Shown: piece after piece, positions 45,882 to 55,645 of the stretch
Layout of the letters: each line of letters opens with the position of its first letter
How positions within the stretch are numbered: the first letter of the stretch is position 1
Assembly (NCBI GenBank): GCA_963806155.1
Contig: CAWDXC010000011.1
Span: forward strand, 129,819 to 193,818
DNA from: an uncultured Actinomycetes bacterium
Lineage (GTDB): Bacteria > Actinomycetota > Thermoleophilia > RBG-16-64-13
Length of the DNA: 64,000 bases
Direction: 5' to 3'
Notes under the pieces: model-generated
Seen by the model: only the letters and a program-made list of their open reading frames with translations
Databases searched by the model: none
What the model was told of the DNA's origin: nothing
Position numbers and translations under genes: made by a program

Positions 45882-46268
45882 CTAGTCGGCTATCGGCTCT
45901 AGGGATGGGGTCTTGCCTTGCCAGGCGACCTCCCAGCGCTTGGTCCAAAGGACCTTCTCTGGTCCGGCGGAACCGCCGGCATGAACTTCCACGGCAAACC
46001 GTTCCCGGGGACGAAAGAGCTCCAGGGGGACACGAAAGCGGAGGGTGGTCTGGAGGTCTGCCCGCAGGACTAGGGTGGTGTCCCGGCCGACAAATGAGCC
46101 GATGCTGTAGTGGAAAGTGGCCTCGCCCTTCGCCCCCTCGCCCACGATACGGAGGGGAACGCGGACCAGCACGAAGCTACTGCTGGGCGGGAGCTCACAC
46201 GTCTCCGACCCGTATTGCTCTATCTTGAGAATATCGGCCTCCTTCGGCACGCGGCTTAGGCCCAGCAT
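45882..46268 (-). CDS. Hypothetical 128-aa beta-rich protein downstream of the AthL-like gene
   Basis: ATG start with no clear RBS and no recognised motifs. The position matches where the transhydroxylase small subunit (BthL) would sit, but no Fe-S Cys clusters are present. Confidence 0.3.
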   Translation of the reverse strand: MLGLSRVPKEADILKIEQYGSETCELPPSSSFVLVRVPLRIVGEGAKGEATFHYSIGSFVGRDTTLVLRADLQTTLRFRVPLELFRPRERFAVEVHAGGSAGPEKVLWTKRWEVAWQGKTPSLEPIAD

Positions 46269-46432
46269 CCTAGCAGGAGTCCGCGGCCGCCGGTAGGGTT
46301 GGGAAAGGGAGTGACCACTCGAATCTCACGGAAAAGAGCCCAATCAGACGCGGAAGAGACAAAGGCTGAGGATCGGGAAGGTCCTCAGAAATCGCCCAGC
46401 CGTTTGGCCTCGAGGCCGTAACGCATGTCTTC

Positions 46433-49012
46433 TTAGGACTTCCTCTCCCATTTCTCCACCTGCACGAGGCAGGAGTTTGATGCCATGCCAACAGAGGTCG
46501 GGGTGACGTGGCGTCTTGAGGTCAGAAGATTGATGCACCCGGCGCGGTCCGGCGATTCCCCCGGTGTGCCGAGCGGTAGGTAGTCGGCGCAGGACTCGTA
46601 GGAGTGAACGGTGCCGGGAGGAAGACGTTCGGTCACCTGCGCCGCGAGGATGACCGAACCGCGATCGTTGAACGCGCGGACGAGATCTCCGCCCTGGATC
46701 CCGCGGGTGCTGGCGTCTTCTGTATTGATCCGCATGATCCAATAGTGGTGACCGTCTATGAGAACGCGGTGGTCCTTGACATCGTTTGTCCACGACCCTT
46801 TTGCATCCCCGTGGGTATGGAAGCTGAAGCGAGGGTGAGGGCTAACCAGTTGCAGTGGGTATTTGCCGAGCAGCTCCTCCGTGTGGTGGCCTTCCCAGGA
46901 AGGGATGTACTGCGGGCCCATGGCGGGGCGCTCGGGATCGTCCAGGGCTGCCCGTGTGAGACTGGAAGCCACGAACTCGATCTTGCCGGAAGTGGTCTGC
47001 AGCCCCTTGTTTCTCAGAGTATCCCACGGCGCCGGTCCCCAGTTGGGGGTATCCCTTTCCCGATCTTCGGCGAACCATCGAAACGACGGAGTGGATTTGT
47101 GATCGGCGGGGAAGGGGACCACGTAGTAGCCCTTCTTCTCGAACTCCTCCCAGCTCATGCGGCTAGAGATATCGCTCGCCTCGAAGATCCGCTTGACCCA
47201 CTCGAGATCGCTCTGCCCGCCTTCGGTGTAGATCCCACCCAGGCCCAGACGGTCGGCGAGAAGCGCGAAGATGTCGTAGTCGGACTTCGACTGGCCCACA
47301 GGCTCTATGCACTTCTTCTGCAGGACTATTACCCTGTGGTTCAGTTGGCTGAAGGTGTCACATCCATATCCGGCCGCACTGGTCCATTCGCCGATGTCCC
47401 AGCGCTCGAAGTTGGTGCAGGCCGGCAGAACTATGTCGGCGAATTTCGTCTCGCCTTCAAACCAGATCGACTGATTGACCACGAAGGGCACCTTGCCCTC
47501 CCGATACGCTTTCACATACCGATTGGTCTCGGTCATGGTCCCGAAGTAGGAGTTGCCGTACTTGTAGTACATGCCCACGTGGGGATAGCCGGGTGCCGGG
47601 TACTCGTATTTCTGGAACTGGGACTGGATCGATGACCCGCAGAAGCCCTTGCCCCGCCATTCGAGATGCTCGTGCATCATGGCCTCTGGGACATGGAGAC
47701 GGGGCACCGTCTGGCCTTCCGTGGAATGGTGAGGATTCCCGGGTAGATACCCGTTGGGCCACATCCGATTGAGAAGGCGGTAACCCGAGGCGGTGTTGAC
47801 CGGGTCGCCGGAGATGCCACCCTCGCCGTATCCGGGGAACCAGAACGATTCGTCCGACGGAGCCCCGGTGGTCGTGGACCAGATATTGCTGCCAGGTTTG
47901 CCCAGCCCTTGCATGGCGGCTAGGGCAATCATGGTTCGGGCCCATTCGTTGCCCGTCGCGGAACGACATGCGCCTCCCCAGCCAGTGAACCCGCCGGCGG
48001 CCAACATGGTCTTCTTGCTGCCCCATTCCCGAGCGAGCGCCCGGATCTCCCGGGCCGGCACGCCGCATTCGGTCTCGGCCCACTGCGGTGTCTTCGGTCG
48101 GCCGTCCGTACGTCCGAGCACGTAGTCCTTCCACTCCTCAAAACCGACCGTGCGGGACTCAATGTACTCCTGGTCGTAGAGGTCTTCGGTAAGCCAGATG
48201 AAGGCGATGGCCAAACCGAGGGCCACATCGGTGCCGAGCCGGGGCGCGAGCCACTTGTCCGAGAACAGTCCCGCCGTATGGTTGAAATAGGGGTCGATGA
48301 AGACCATCTTCACCCCCATCTCTTTCAACCAAAATCGGCGGCTGGTGCTCTCGAAAGCCGCGTAGCAGCCGCTTGTTGACTCTGGGTCGGACGACCAGAA
48401 GACCACCATATCGGTATGCTTGAGAGCGTCTTCCAAGAGGTCATACTGCTCGGGGATGCCGAGGCGGTCGCTGCAACCCCACATATGCATGCCACCCCAG
48501 TGCCAGCCCTCCCAGCTGTCCGGATTATGCTCGGCGTGGGTCCAGCCCACCAGATTCATGAACCGATAGTAAGCACTAAAGCGATAGCCCAGATTTCCCC
48601 AGAGATGGTGAGACCCCACGGACGAAAGAATCCCTGCGGGACCCAGTTCCCGCTTTACGCGGGCCATCTCCTCGGCCACTATGTCCAGCGCTTCTTCCCA
48701 GGCGATGGGCTCGTAGCCGGACTCGCCTCGCCGGTTAGTGTTGCGATCGCCCTTGGGGTCGAAATCCACACGCTTGAGGGGGGTGAGGATGCGCTTCGGC
48801 GAGTAGATGGTCGACCTATGGGCCAGTGTGTAGGGAGACAAGGTAGTCCGGTGGGGCGGGGCGAAGGCTCGTCCTTTTGCCTGTATCGTCCAAGATGGTG
48901 CGTCATCACTGTCGAACTGAAGAGGTACGATCCGAACAATAGTGCCGTCCCGGACATCGACATGTACCGGTCCGCCGGTCGTCAGGTTGGTCAATCGTTC
49001 AACCCGCTCCAT
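46433..49012 (-). CDS. Pyrogallol-phloroglucinol transhydroxylase large-subunit (AthL)-like bis-MGD molybdoenzyme
   Basis: 859 aa. The N-terminus MERVERLTNLTTGGPVHVDVRDGTIVRIVP and blocks such as HNPDSWEGWHWGGMHMWG, GKPGSNIWSTT, CTNFERWDIGEW and YPLQLVSPHPRFSFHTHGD match what I recall of AthL. No N-terminal Fe-S Cys motif. Confidence 0.85.
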   Translation of the reverse strand: MERVERLTNLTTGGPVHVDVRDGTIVRIVPLQFDSDDAPSWTIQAKGRAFAPPHRTTLSPYTLAHRSTIYSPKRILTPLKRVDFDPKGDRNTNRRGESGYEPIAWEEALDIVAEEMARVKRELGPAGILSSVGSHHLWGNLGYRFSAYYRFMNLVGWTHAEHNPDSWEGWHWGGMHMWGCSDRLGIPEQYDLLEDALKHTDMVVFWSSDPESTSGCYAAFESTSRRFWLKEMGVKMVFIDPYFNHTAGLFSDKWLAPRLGTDVALGLAIAFIWLTEDLYDQEYIESRTVGFEEWKDYVLGRTDGRPKTPQWAETECGVPAREIRALAREWGSKKTMLAAGGFTGWGGACRSATGNEWARTMIALAAMQGLGKPGSNIWSTTTGAPSDESFWFPGYGEGGISGDPVNTASGYRLLNRMWPNGYLPGNPHHSTEGQTVPRLHVPEAMMHEHLEWRGKGFCGSSIQSQFQKYEYPAPGYPHVGMYYKYGNSYFGTMTETNRYVKAYREGKVPFVVNQSIWFEGETKFADIVLPACTNFERWDIGEWTSAAGYGCDTFSQLNHRVIVLQKKCIEPVGQSKSDYDIFALLADRLGLGGIYTEGGQSDLEWVKRIFEASDISSRMSWEEFEKKGYYVVPFPADHKSTPSFRWFAEDRERDTPNWGPAPWDTLRNKGLQTTSGKIEFVASSLTRAALDDPERPAMGPQYIPSWEGHHTEELLGKYPLQLVSPHPRFSFHTHGDAKGSWTNDVKDHRVLIDGHHYWIMRINTEDASTRGIQGGDLVRAFNDRGSVILAAQVTERLPPGTVHSYESCADYLPLGTPGESPDRAGCINLLTSRRHVTPTSVGMASNSCLVQVEKWERKS

Positions 49013-49590
49013 TCTCGTCTCCTCTCGGGGATTTCCTATGGGTCAGACCATTCCTGACCTGAGCCCATGAGCTGGTCGATTTCTTATCATACCGCCGGGT
49101 TGCCCTCATTCGTGAAGGCCCGCGGCGGGGAGGATGCTCGGATCCGGCAGTGGTTCCGCTCAAGCTATAAGGCACCTCTACGCGTGCGCGGCTTGGCCGA
49201 TCATCGGAGGCTAGCAGTTGACGAAGGGAATGGACGGTTGCCCGAGAGTAGAGCGTCTTGCGCGAGACGGGCCTGGGTTCACTATCGGATCTTCACCACC
49301 TTCACTCTATGGTCCTCGTTCCCGAACGGGCATTCTTGCTCAAGAGGGCGGTGATCCTTGATGCCGGGTGTGGCGCGCCAGGGTTGCCCGTGAGGCCATT
49401 ACTCTGCACACCATTACTCTGCAACATTCTGCCAACGCTTTGCCAACGAACCGCCCAGAACGGGTCGTCATGGGATCGCTGTATGAGAATCCTCCGCGTC
49501 TTCTTGACTGGTACCGCGAAACGCCGAAAGGCAGGAGCCTCAGTTCTGCTGTACCCTGGTGCGGAAGAGGCGCCGATAGGGAGGTACAGA

Positions 49591-50637
49591 GTGCGCGCAG
49601 TAATCCTCGAAGAAGACGAACAGATCCATGTCGCCGATGTTCCGGATGCTCGGCTGAAGGAGGAATCAGACGTTCTGGCGCGCGTGACGCTTGCCGCCAT
49701 ATGCGGGACCGACGTGCACATCAAACATGGTGGCCTACCCGGCATTGAGCCCGGATCGATCCTTGGACACGAGTTCGTTGGGGTCGTTGAGGAGGTAGGG
49801 TCCCGTGTCCGGCGGTTCCAGGTCGGAGATCGAGTCGCATCGCCCCCAGCTCTCTGGTGCGGGACCTGCGCGGCTTGCCAGTTATCCGTCCTGCAGAACT
49901 GTTCGCAGTTGTCCATGTATGGCGGAGGTCCGTTCCTGTCTCCGATGGGTCTCGACGGGGTCCAGGCGGAACTGGTTCGGGTTCCCAACGCCGATCTCGT
50001 ATTGACCCCTATCCCGGCGAGCGTCCCGGACGAGCAGGCGCTCCTGGTCGTCGACATGCTCCTGACCGGCTACCACGCTGCCAACGAGGCGAAGATCAAG
50101 GTGGCGGACACGGTGGCCGTCTCCGGCTGCGGCCCCGTCGGCCTGTGCGCCATCCTCGCCGCCTGGCAACACGGACCGAGCCAAGTCTTCGCCATCGACC
50201 TTTTCGACAATCGTCTTGCCCTGGCCGAGCGCTACGGCGCGATCCCGATAGACATCCGGAAAGGCGACCCCGTTCAGCAGATACTTGCGGCCACCGGTGG
50301 GGAAGGCGTCGGTGTGGTCCTTGAGGCCAGCGGCAATACGGACGCATTCTTGAACGCCACGCGCATGATCAAGAAGTACGGCACCATCTCCTGCGTGGGA
50401 CTGTTCGCCCAGCCAGTGGAATTCCCGGTGCAGGAGCTTATCTTCCGGGGAGTGAAAGTGGTCATGGGTCTAGGTAATCTCGTACATGTCCCCAAGCTCA
50501 TGAAGCTGGTCGAGCACGGGCGGGTCGACCTCGGGGCCATCGGGACACACACTTTTGCGCTCGAGGAGGCCGGTCAAGCCTACGACCTTTTCGAGCATCA
50601 CAAGGATCTCTGTCTGAAGGTGTTTCTGAGACCGTGA
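49591..50637 (+). CDS. Zn-dependent alcohol dehydrogenase (MDR superfamily)
   Basis: GTG at 49591 with RBS GGGAGGT. CGTDVH and GHEFVG catalytic-Zn motifs, structural-Zn Cys motif C..C..C, and a GCGPVG Rossmann motif. 348 aa. The ORF track extends upstream to 49258 without support. Confidence 0.75.
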   Translation: MRAVILEEDEQIHVADVPDARLKEESDVLARVTLAAICGTDVHIKHGGLPGIEPGSILGHEFVGVVEEVGSRVRRFQVGDRVASPPALWCGTCAACQLSVLQNCSQLSMYGGGPFLSPMGLDGVQAELVRVPNADLVLTPIPASVPDEQALLVVDMLLTGYHAANEAKIKVADTVAVSGCGPVGLCAILAAWQHGPSQVFAIDLFDNRLALAERYGAIPIDIRKGDPVQQILAATGGEGVGVVLEASGNTDAFLNATRMIKKYGTISCVGLFAQPVEFPVQELIFRGVKVVMGLGNLVHVPKLMKLVEHGRVDLGAIGTHTFALEEAGQAYDLFEHHKDLCLKVFLRP

Positions 50638-50870
50638 CGATATGCTGGACGAGACCCCTGCTCTAGTTCGTGTCTGGCAGTTCACCTCAGCACTATCTCC
50701 CTGGCAATAGCGGGAGAGGGAGAGAGTCAGGAAGGCCACATGAATATGTAGATTCGTCTCAAACCACGCTTGCGCAATGACCGTTGGAAGGGATACAGTT
50801 CGGTACGAGGGTCCGCCAATCCGGCCGGCCCTTTGGGGGCTCACCGAGCAGAACGCAAAAGGGGGAAGCA

Positions 50871-52196
50871 ATGAGGAAAGCGTTGATCCTGGGACTGGTG
50901 CTGGTGTTCGCCCTTACCATGGGGCTGGTCGCCTGCGCCGAAGAGGAAGCGACTACCACCACCGCAGCTGGCGAAACCACCACCACCGCAGCTGGCGAAA
51001 CCACCACGACCGCAGCCGCCGAGACCACCACGACCGCCGCCGGGGCCACAAAAGACAAAGTACTCATAGGGTATGTGGACGCGTTCACAGGTGTGTTCGC
51101 GCCGGGTCCGCAACTATGGGGAACCATCTGGTTCGAAGCCCTCATCGCCGACTACAATGCCGCCGGAGGGCTCTACGTTCCGGAGTACGGCAAGAAACTG
51201 CCCATCGAGCTGATCAAGTACGATTCAGCAAGCGACACGGAGACACTGATCAGGCTCACCGAGAAGGCTATGACCGAGGACAAAGTCGACTTGATGATAT
51301 CTCCGTGGGGAACGTCACAGAACTTCGCCGTCTATTCGCTCTATGAAAAATACGAGTACCCGGCTATTCAGCACGCCATGGGTAGTGGTCAAATAGTCGA
51401 CCTTATCCAAAGTGGCGGAGCACAATGGGCGTTCCCGGTACTATCCCAGCCGCCCTATGGGGCCAAGCAGGCGGCGGACCTCATGCAGGCGAATGGGGCG
51501 ACCAACATAGGGATCATTGGCATAAACGACCTGCACGGCATAGAGTGGACCGGGCGGTTACAAGCGGAGCTGTCAGCAAGGAACATGCCGGTCGCGGTGG
51601 GGCCTGAGCTCTACCCGCTGACGGTCACGGACCTATCGCCCATAATCAAGAAGCTTCAGGAAGCCAACGTGGATTGTCTGTGGGCTTCCACCTATCCGGC
51701 TGACGGCACCCTGCTGGTGCAACAGATGATGGAGCTTGGCTATTCTCCAAAAATAATGTTCATGGGCCCGGGGGCTCAGTATCCATTGGTGATGGTGCCG
51801 ACATTCGGAGTTCCCGCTCTGACAGGGATCATGGAATACCATGGATTCGAAGTAGACTTCTACACATCGCCCGACTTGATGGCGCTTGCCGAAAAATACA
51901 AGGCGGCAGCAGGCGGGTGGCCTGGCGCAAACACCATAGCAGCCTATGTGAGCTATGAGGCGCTCTTCAAAGCTGTGGAAGAAGTCGGCCTCGACAGGGT
52001 GAAGATCAGAGACGCCCTCAAGACCGAAACATTCGAGACGGTGCTTGGGCCTACGAAGTGGAACTGGGAAGACGTTCGCCTGGAGGCCCCCGCCGCTGGT
52101 GACATCTGCCAGTGGCAAGGCAAGGACATGTTGCAGGTAGTCTGGCCAGCAGATAAGGCTAGTGCCGCCTGGATTCCGAAACCTGCTTGGCCGTAA
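50871..52196 (+). CDS. ABC transporter substrate-binding lipoprotein, Liv-type
   Basis: Signal peptide and lipobox LVAC, a (TTTTAAGE)n linker, then a Peripla_BP_6-like body. ATG at 50871 with RBS AAGGGGGAAG. Confidence 0.8.
   Translation: MRKALILGLVLVFALTMGLVACAEEEATTTTAAGETTTTAAGETTTTAAAETTTTAAGATKDKVLIGYVDAFTGVFAPGPQLWGTIWFEALIADYNAAGGLYVPEYGKKLPIELIKYDSASDTETLIRLTEKAMTEDKVDLMISPWGTSQNFAVYSLYEKYEYPAIQHAMGSGQIVDLIQSGGAQWAFPVLSQPPYGAKQAADLMQANGATNIGIIGINDLHGIEWTGRLQAELSARNMPVAVGPELYPLTVTDLSPIIKKLQEANVDCLWASTYPADGTLLVQQMMELGYSPKIMFMGPGAQYPLVMVPTFGVPALTGIMEYHGFEVDFYTSPDLMALAEKYKAAAGGWPGANTIAAYVSYEALFKAVEEVGLDRVKIRDALKTETFETVLGPTKWNWEDVRLEAPAAGDICQWQGKDMLQVVWPADKASAAWIPKPAWP
50952..51047 (+). 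repeat. Four tandem 24-nt repeats encoding the TTTTAAGE linker of the lipoprotein
   Basis: ACCACCACCACCGCAGCTGGCGAA repeated four times with progressive divergence. Confidence 0.5.
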
Positions 52197-52229
52197 AGCG
52201 GGTCACCCCGGGAATATGTCGTGAGTATC

Positions 52230-52261
52230 GTGGTACTCCACACCTAGCTGTGGAGTACCAC
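52230..52261 (+). promoter_or_regulatory. Perfect 13-bp inverted repeat (GTGGTACTCCACA-N6-TGTGGAGTACCAC) between the binding-protein and permease genes; intrinsic attenuator/terminator or regulator operator
   Basis: Seen directly in the sequence. Lies 34 nt after the lipoprotein stop and ~90 nt before livH. Confidence 0.4.
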
Positions 52262-52350
52262 CTCAACACCAGTGGCTTTGTCAGGCCGTAGCCCGGCCAT
52301 TAGTGACCTAGCGGATATTCTCCCATCACTCAGAAGCGTGGAGTAAGTCA

Positions 52351-53232
52351 ATGTCCCCACAAGTCGTTCTAGACATCACTATCGGCGGAGCACTTCTGGG
52401 CGCGGTCTATGCACTTGTTGCGGTGGGCCTCAATCTGGCATATGGGGTTACACGGATACTCAATGTAGCCCACGGCGATTTTCTGATGATTGGGGCCTAT
52501 CTTACCTATTTCTCCGTTACTCTCATTGGTCTGAACCCGTATACTTCCATATTGATAATAGGACCGTTTATGTTTTTGGTCGGCTTTCTAGTCTATATGA
52601 TAATGCTTCGCAGAGTTGTCAAATCTTCCCAATCAGGAGAAGAACTTGAGTTCCGTTCCCTTCTTTTGTGTTTTGGACTTTCGTTTGTTATTCAAAATCT
52701 GGCCATTGTTATGTGGACCGCCAACTATCGAGGTTATGAAGTACCTTCGTTGGGAATGGTTGAGATTTTTGGCGTCGCTTTTGAAATGAATCGCGTCATC
52801 ATTGCTGCGGTGTCAGTTTTTATCAATTTGCTTCTATATCTATTCTTGCGGTTCACGAAAGCGGGGATAGCTATGAGAGCCACCGTTGATCAGCCAGTCG
52901 GGTCTCAGTTGGTCGGAATCAACGTCTATAGTATTTGTGCTCTTTCGTTCAGTCTGGGCATCCTGTTGGCTGCGTGGGCCGGCAATCTGATAAGCGTCGT
53001 GTCTTCGACCATCAGCCCCTTTATGGGAGGGCCCTATACTCTTATCGCCCTGGTCCTGGTGATTCTGGCCGGCGTTGGGAGTTTCAAGGGCAATATCGTT
53101 GGAGGGCTGCTGATCGGCTATCTCTCCTATATAACGTTGAGGGTTATAGATCCCGCCCTCACGCTTGTGGTCGTTTACGCGGTGCTTATCTTGGCCCTCT
53201 TGATTAGGCCCAAGGGCCTTTTCGCAAGGTAG
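52351..53232 (+). CDS. livH: Branched-chain amino acid ABC transporter permease (LivH-type)
   Basis: 293 aa, multi-TM, typical BPD_transp_2 pattern. Noticeably lower GC (~46%). Confidence 0.8.
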   Translation: MSPQVVLDITIGGALLGAVYALVAVGLNLAYGVTRILNVAHGDFLMIGAYLTYFSVTLIGLNPYTSILIIGPFMFLVGFLVYMIMLRRVVKSSQSGEELEFRSLLLCFGLSFVIQNLAIVMWTANYRGYEVPSLGMVEIFGVAFEMNRVIIAAVSVFINLLLYLFLRFTKAGIAMRATVDQPVGSQLVGINVYSICALSFSLGILLAAWAGNLISVVSSTISPFMGGPYTLIALVLVILAGVGSFKGNIVGGLLIGYLSYITLRVIDPALTLVVVYAVLILALLIRPKGLFAR

Positions 53233-53260
53233 CCGGGTGAGATCTTTGACTGGTGCAAAG

Positions 53261-54148
53261 ATGTCATCGCTTTTGAAGTTTAGTCCCTTTGCTCTTTTTG
53301 TGGTACTAGCATTCGCGCCGCAATTGGCGAGTACTTACTACGTTTCCTTAATTACAAGTGTATTGGTGTGGGTCGGGTTAGCCGTTAGCTGGCATTTTTT
53401 TAGTGGGACCACTAAATATGTTTCGCTGGGTTCTGCGGCTTTCTTTGGAGTAGGCGTTTACGTAACAGCGAATCTTAGTGGTCGAGTGCCATTTATCGCA
53501 GTTCTCGTCGTTGCGGCCGCCATAAGTTTCGTCTTCGCTCTGGGTGTGGGTCTGGCTACTTTGAGGTTGAAGGGCGTATATTTTGCTATAGCTACTTTCG
53601 GGCTTGCTGAACTGCTTAGTAATGCCTTTACTTACTGGGAGCAACAGGTTACCGGTACGCGCGGAAGGTTTATCGCATCCATTGACGTTTATTACTATAT
53701 CTTAGTGATAACGTTCATCATAATAGGTGTCTTGGTCGTGTTAAGACGGGCGAAGCTTGGTTTAGGGTTGAAGATGATAGGACAGAGCGAAGAAGCGGCT
53801 ATTCATTATGGTGTTAATACCACGAGATATAAGGTCCTGGGGTTTGCCGTCAGTAGCATGTTCATGGGGGTATTGGGGGCGGCGTTTGCGCCTCGATGGG
53901 GATATGTTGACTCTGGAATGGCTTTTAGCACCTTATACTCTTTTATGCCTGCTATAATGACTCTTTTGGGTGGGACGGCGACGATTGTAGGACCTATTGT
54001 TGGAGCGGTAGGACTGTCGTTGATACAGGAGTGGTTGCTGACGACGTTTAAAGACTACTTTTTGATTATTCTGGGGGGAATAATGATCGTCATTATCTTG
54101 GCCCTGCCGGAGGGCATTACCGGGAGGCTGGCAAAGAAGAGATCCTGA
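53261..54148 (+). CDS. livM: Branched-chain amino acid ABC transporter permease (LivM-type)
   Basis: ATG at 53261. Multi-TM. Low GC. Confidence 0.75.
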   Translation: MSSLLKFSPFALFVVLAFAPQLASTYYVSLITSVLVWVGLAVSWHFFSGTTKYVSLGSAAFFGVGVYVTANLSGRVPFIAVLVVAAAISFVFALGVGLATLRLKGVYFAIATFGLAELLSNAFTYWEQQVTGTRGRFIASIDVYYYILVITFIIIGVLVVLRRAKLGLGLKMIGQSEEAAIHYGVNTTRYKVLGFAVSSMFMGVLGAAFAPRWGYVDSGMAFSTLYSFMPAIMTLLGGTATIVGPIVGAVGLSLIQEWLLTTFKDYFLIILGGIMIVIILALPEGITGRLAKKRS

Positions 54149-54219
54149 GCAGCTGTGGCTATCGGCAGGCGCGTGAAAGGGTTTCCTGTGCAGAGTTTTG
54201 CTGGGGTGAAAGGTGAGCC

Positions 54220-54954
54220 GTGAAGCTACTCGAGGGGATAGACGTCACAAAGCATTTTGGAGGCCTTGCTGCGCTTCACAAGGTCAGTTTTCACGTAGGT
54301 GAAGGCGAGATCGTCGGTCTAATAGGGCCAAATGGGGCGGGAAAGACCACACTGTTCAACGTTGTAGCCGGTACGTTCCCGCTCACCTCCGGCGCCGTGA
54401 GGTTTCAGGACCAGGATATTACCGCCTTGAAACCTCATAAGATCTGCAAACTGGGGATCGCGCGTACCTTTCAAATACCGAAACCGTTCCCTCGCATGGA
54501 CGTCTACGAGAACGTTTACGCGGTGTCCATCTTTGGCCATGACAAGAAGAAAGGAACCGCTTACACGAGGTCGGAGATCGATCACCTACTCGAGACATTT
54601 GGGTTGGCGGAGAAGAGGTCAACCCTTGCCTCGAACCTATCGGTATTCGAGTTAAGGATGCTTGAAATCGCGAGAGCCCTTGCCACCAGGCCGAAGCTCT
54701 TGCTGCTGGATGAGGTGATGGCTGGGCTGAATCCCACAGAAACGTCGCAAATAAGCGATATTGTCCGCAAGTTGCGTGAGGACGGTCTTACGATTCTGAT
54801 GATCGAGCACAACATGCGGGGAACAATGGGCGTATCGGACCGACTTATTGTGCTGGACCAGGGCATGAAGATAGCCGATGGAAGACCCGAAGAGGTATGC
54901 AGAGCTCCTCGGGTGGTAGAGGCATATTTGGGAGAGGCCTATGTTGCAAGTTAG
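54220..54954 (+). CDS. livG: ABC transporter ATP-binding protein (LivG-type)
   Basis: Walker A GPNGAGKTT, signature LSVFELRMLEIARAL, Walker B LLLDEVMAGL. GTG start with RBS AAAGGTGAG. Confidence 0.8.
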   Translation: MKLLEGIDVTKHFGGLAALHKVSFHVGEGEIVGLIGPNGAGKTTLFNVVAGTFPLTSGAVRFQDQDITALKPHKICKLGIARTFQIPKPFPRMDVYENVYAVSIFGHDKKKGTAYTRSEIDHLLETFGLAEKRSTLASNLSVFELRMLEIARALATRPKLLLLDEVMAGLNPTETSQISDIVRKLREDGLTILMIEHNMRGTMGVSDRLIVLDQGMKIADGRPEEVCRAPRVVEAYLGEAYVAS

Positions 54955-55645
54955 GAATGTAGATGTGATGCGTGGAGGTCTGCAGGTCCTCTGGGATATT
55001 TCGTTAGAGGTAGAAAAGAACGAGATTGTAGCTTTGATTGGTTCCAATGGGGCTGGCAAAACAACTCTTTTAGGCACCTTGGTAGGTTTGTTTAAACCAT
55101 CGGCCGGAAGTGTTTGGTTTAGCGACAAAGACATATCGGGGTTACCTCCACACAAGTATGTCAATTTGGGCATATCGTTTGTACCTGAGGATAGGAAGCT
55201 GTTTTCAAATTGTCTGGTCCGGGAGAATCTAGTATTAGGCGCATACAGTTCTAGGGCTAAGAAGCGAACAAAGGTAATGTTAGAAGAAATGTATGAGCTT
55301 TTCCCGATCGTGAAGGAGCGAAAGGATCAGCTTGCTGTTACCTTGAGTGGTGGCGAGCAAAGGATGTTGGCCATAGCGCGAAGTCTGATGTCGAGTCCAG
55401 ATTTGTTGATACTGGATGAGCCTTCGCAAGGACTATCGCCGCTGATGTCGCTTGAGGTGTTCAGGACCTTGGAGAAGCTGAAAGAGCGCGATATCAGCAT
55501 TTTTGTGGCAGAACAGAACGTGGCTCATGCCCTGAGGTTTGCCGACCGCGCCTACGTAATGGAAACGGGGAGGGTGACTTTGCAGGGAAAAAGCTCGGAA
55601 CTACTGGGAAACGACCTTGTTCGGGAGGCTTTCTTAGGTTGTTAG
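54941..55645 (+). CDS. livF: ABC transporter ATP-binding protein (LivF-type)
   Basis: Walker A GSNGAGKTT, signature LSGGEQRMLAIARSL, Walker B LILDEPSQGL. Overlaps livG by 14 nt. Confidence 0.8.
   Translation: MLQVRNVDVMRGGLQVLWDISLEVEKNEIVALIGSNGAGKTTLLGTLVGLFKPSAGSVWFSDKDISGLPPHKYVNLGISFVPEDRKLFSNCLVRENLVLGAYSSRAKKRTKVMLEEMYELFPIVKERKDQLAVTLSGGEQRMLAIARSLMSSPDLLILDEPSQGLSPLMSLEVFRTLEKLKERDISIFVAEQNVAHALRFADRAYVMETGRVTLQGKSSELLGNDLVREAFLGC

Noticed and set aside
49258-49590. Upstream extension of the alcohol dehydrogenase ORF (459 aa)
   Set aside because: The MDR-family ADH N-terminus begins at VRAVILEE (GTG 49591) with GGGAGGT upstream. The extension has no homology.
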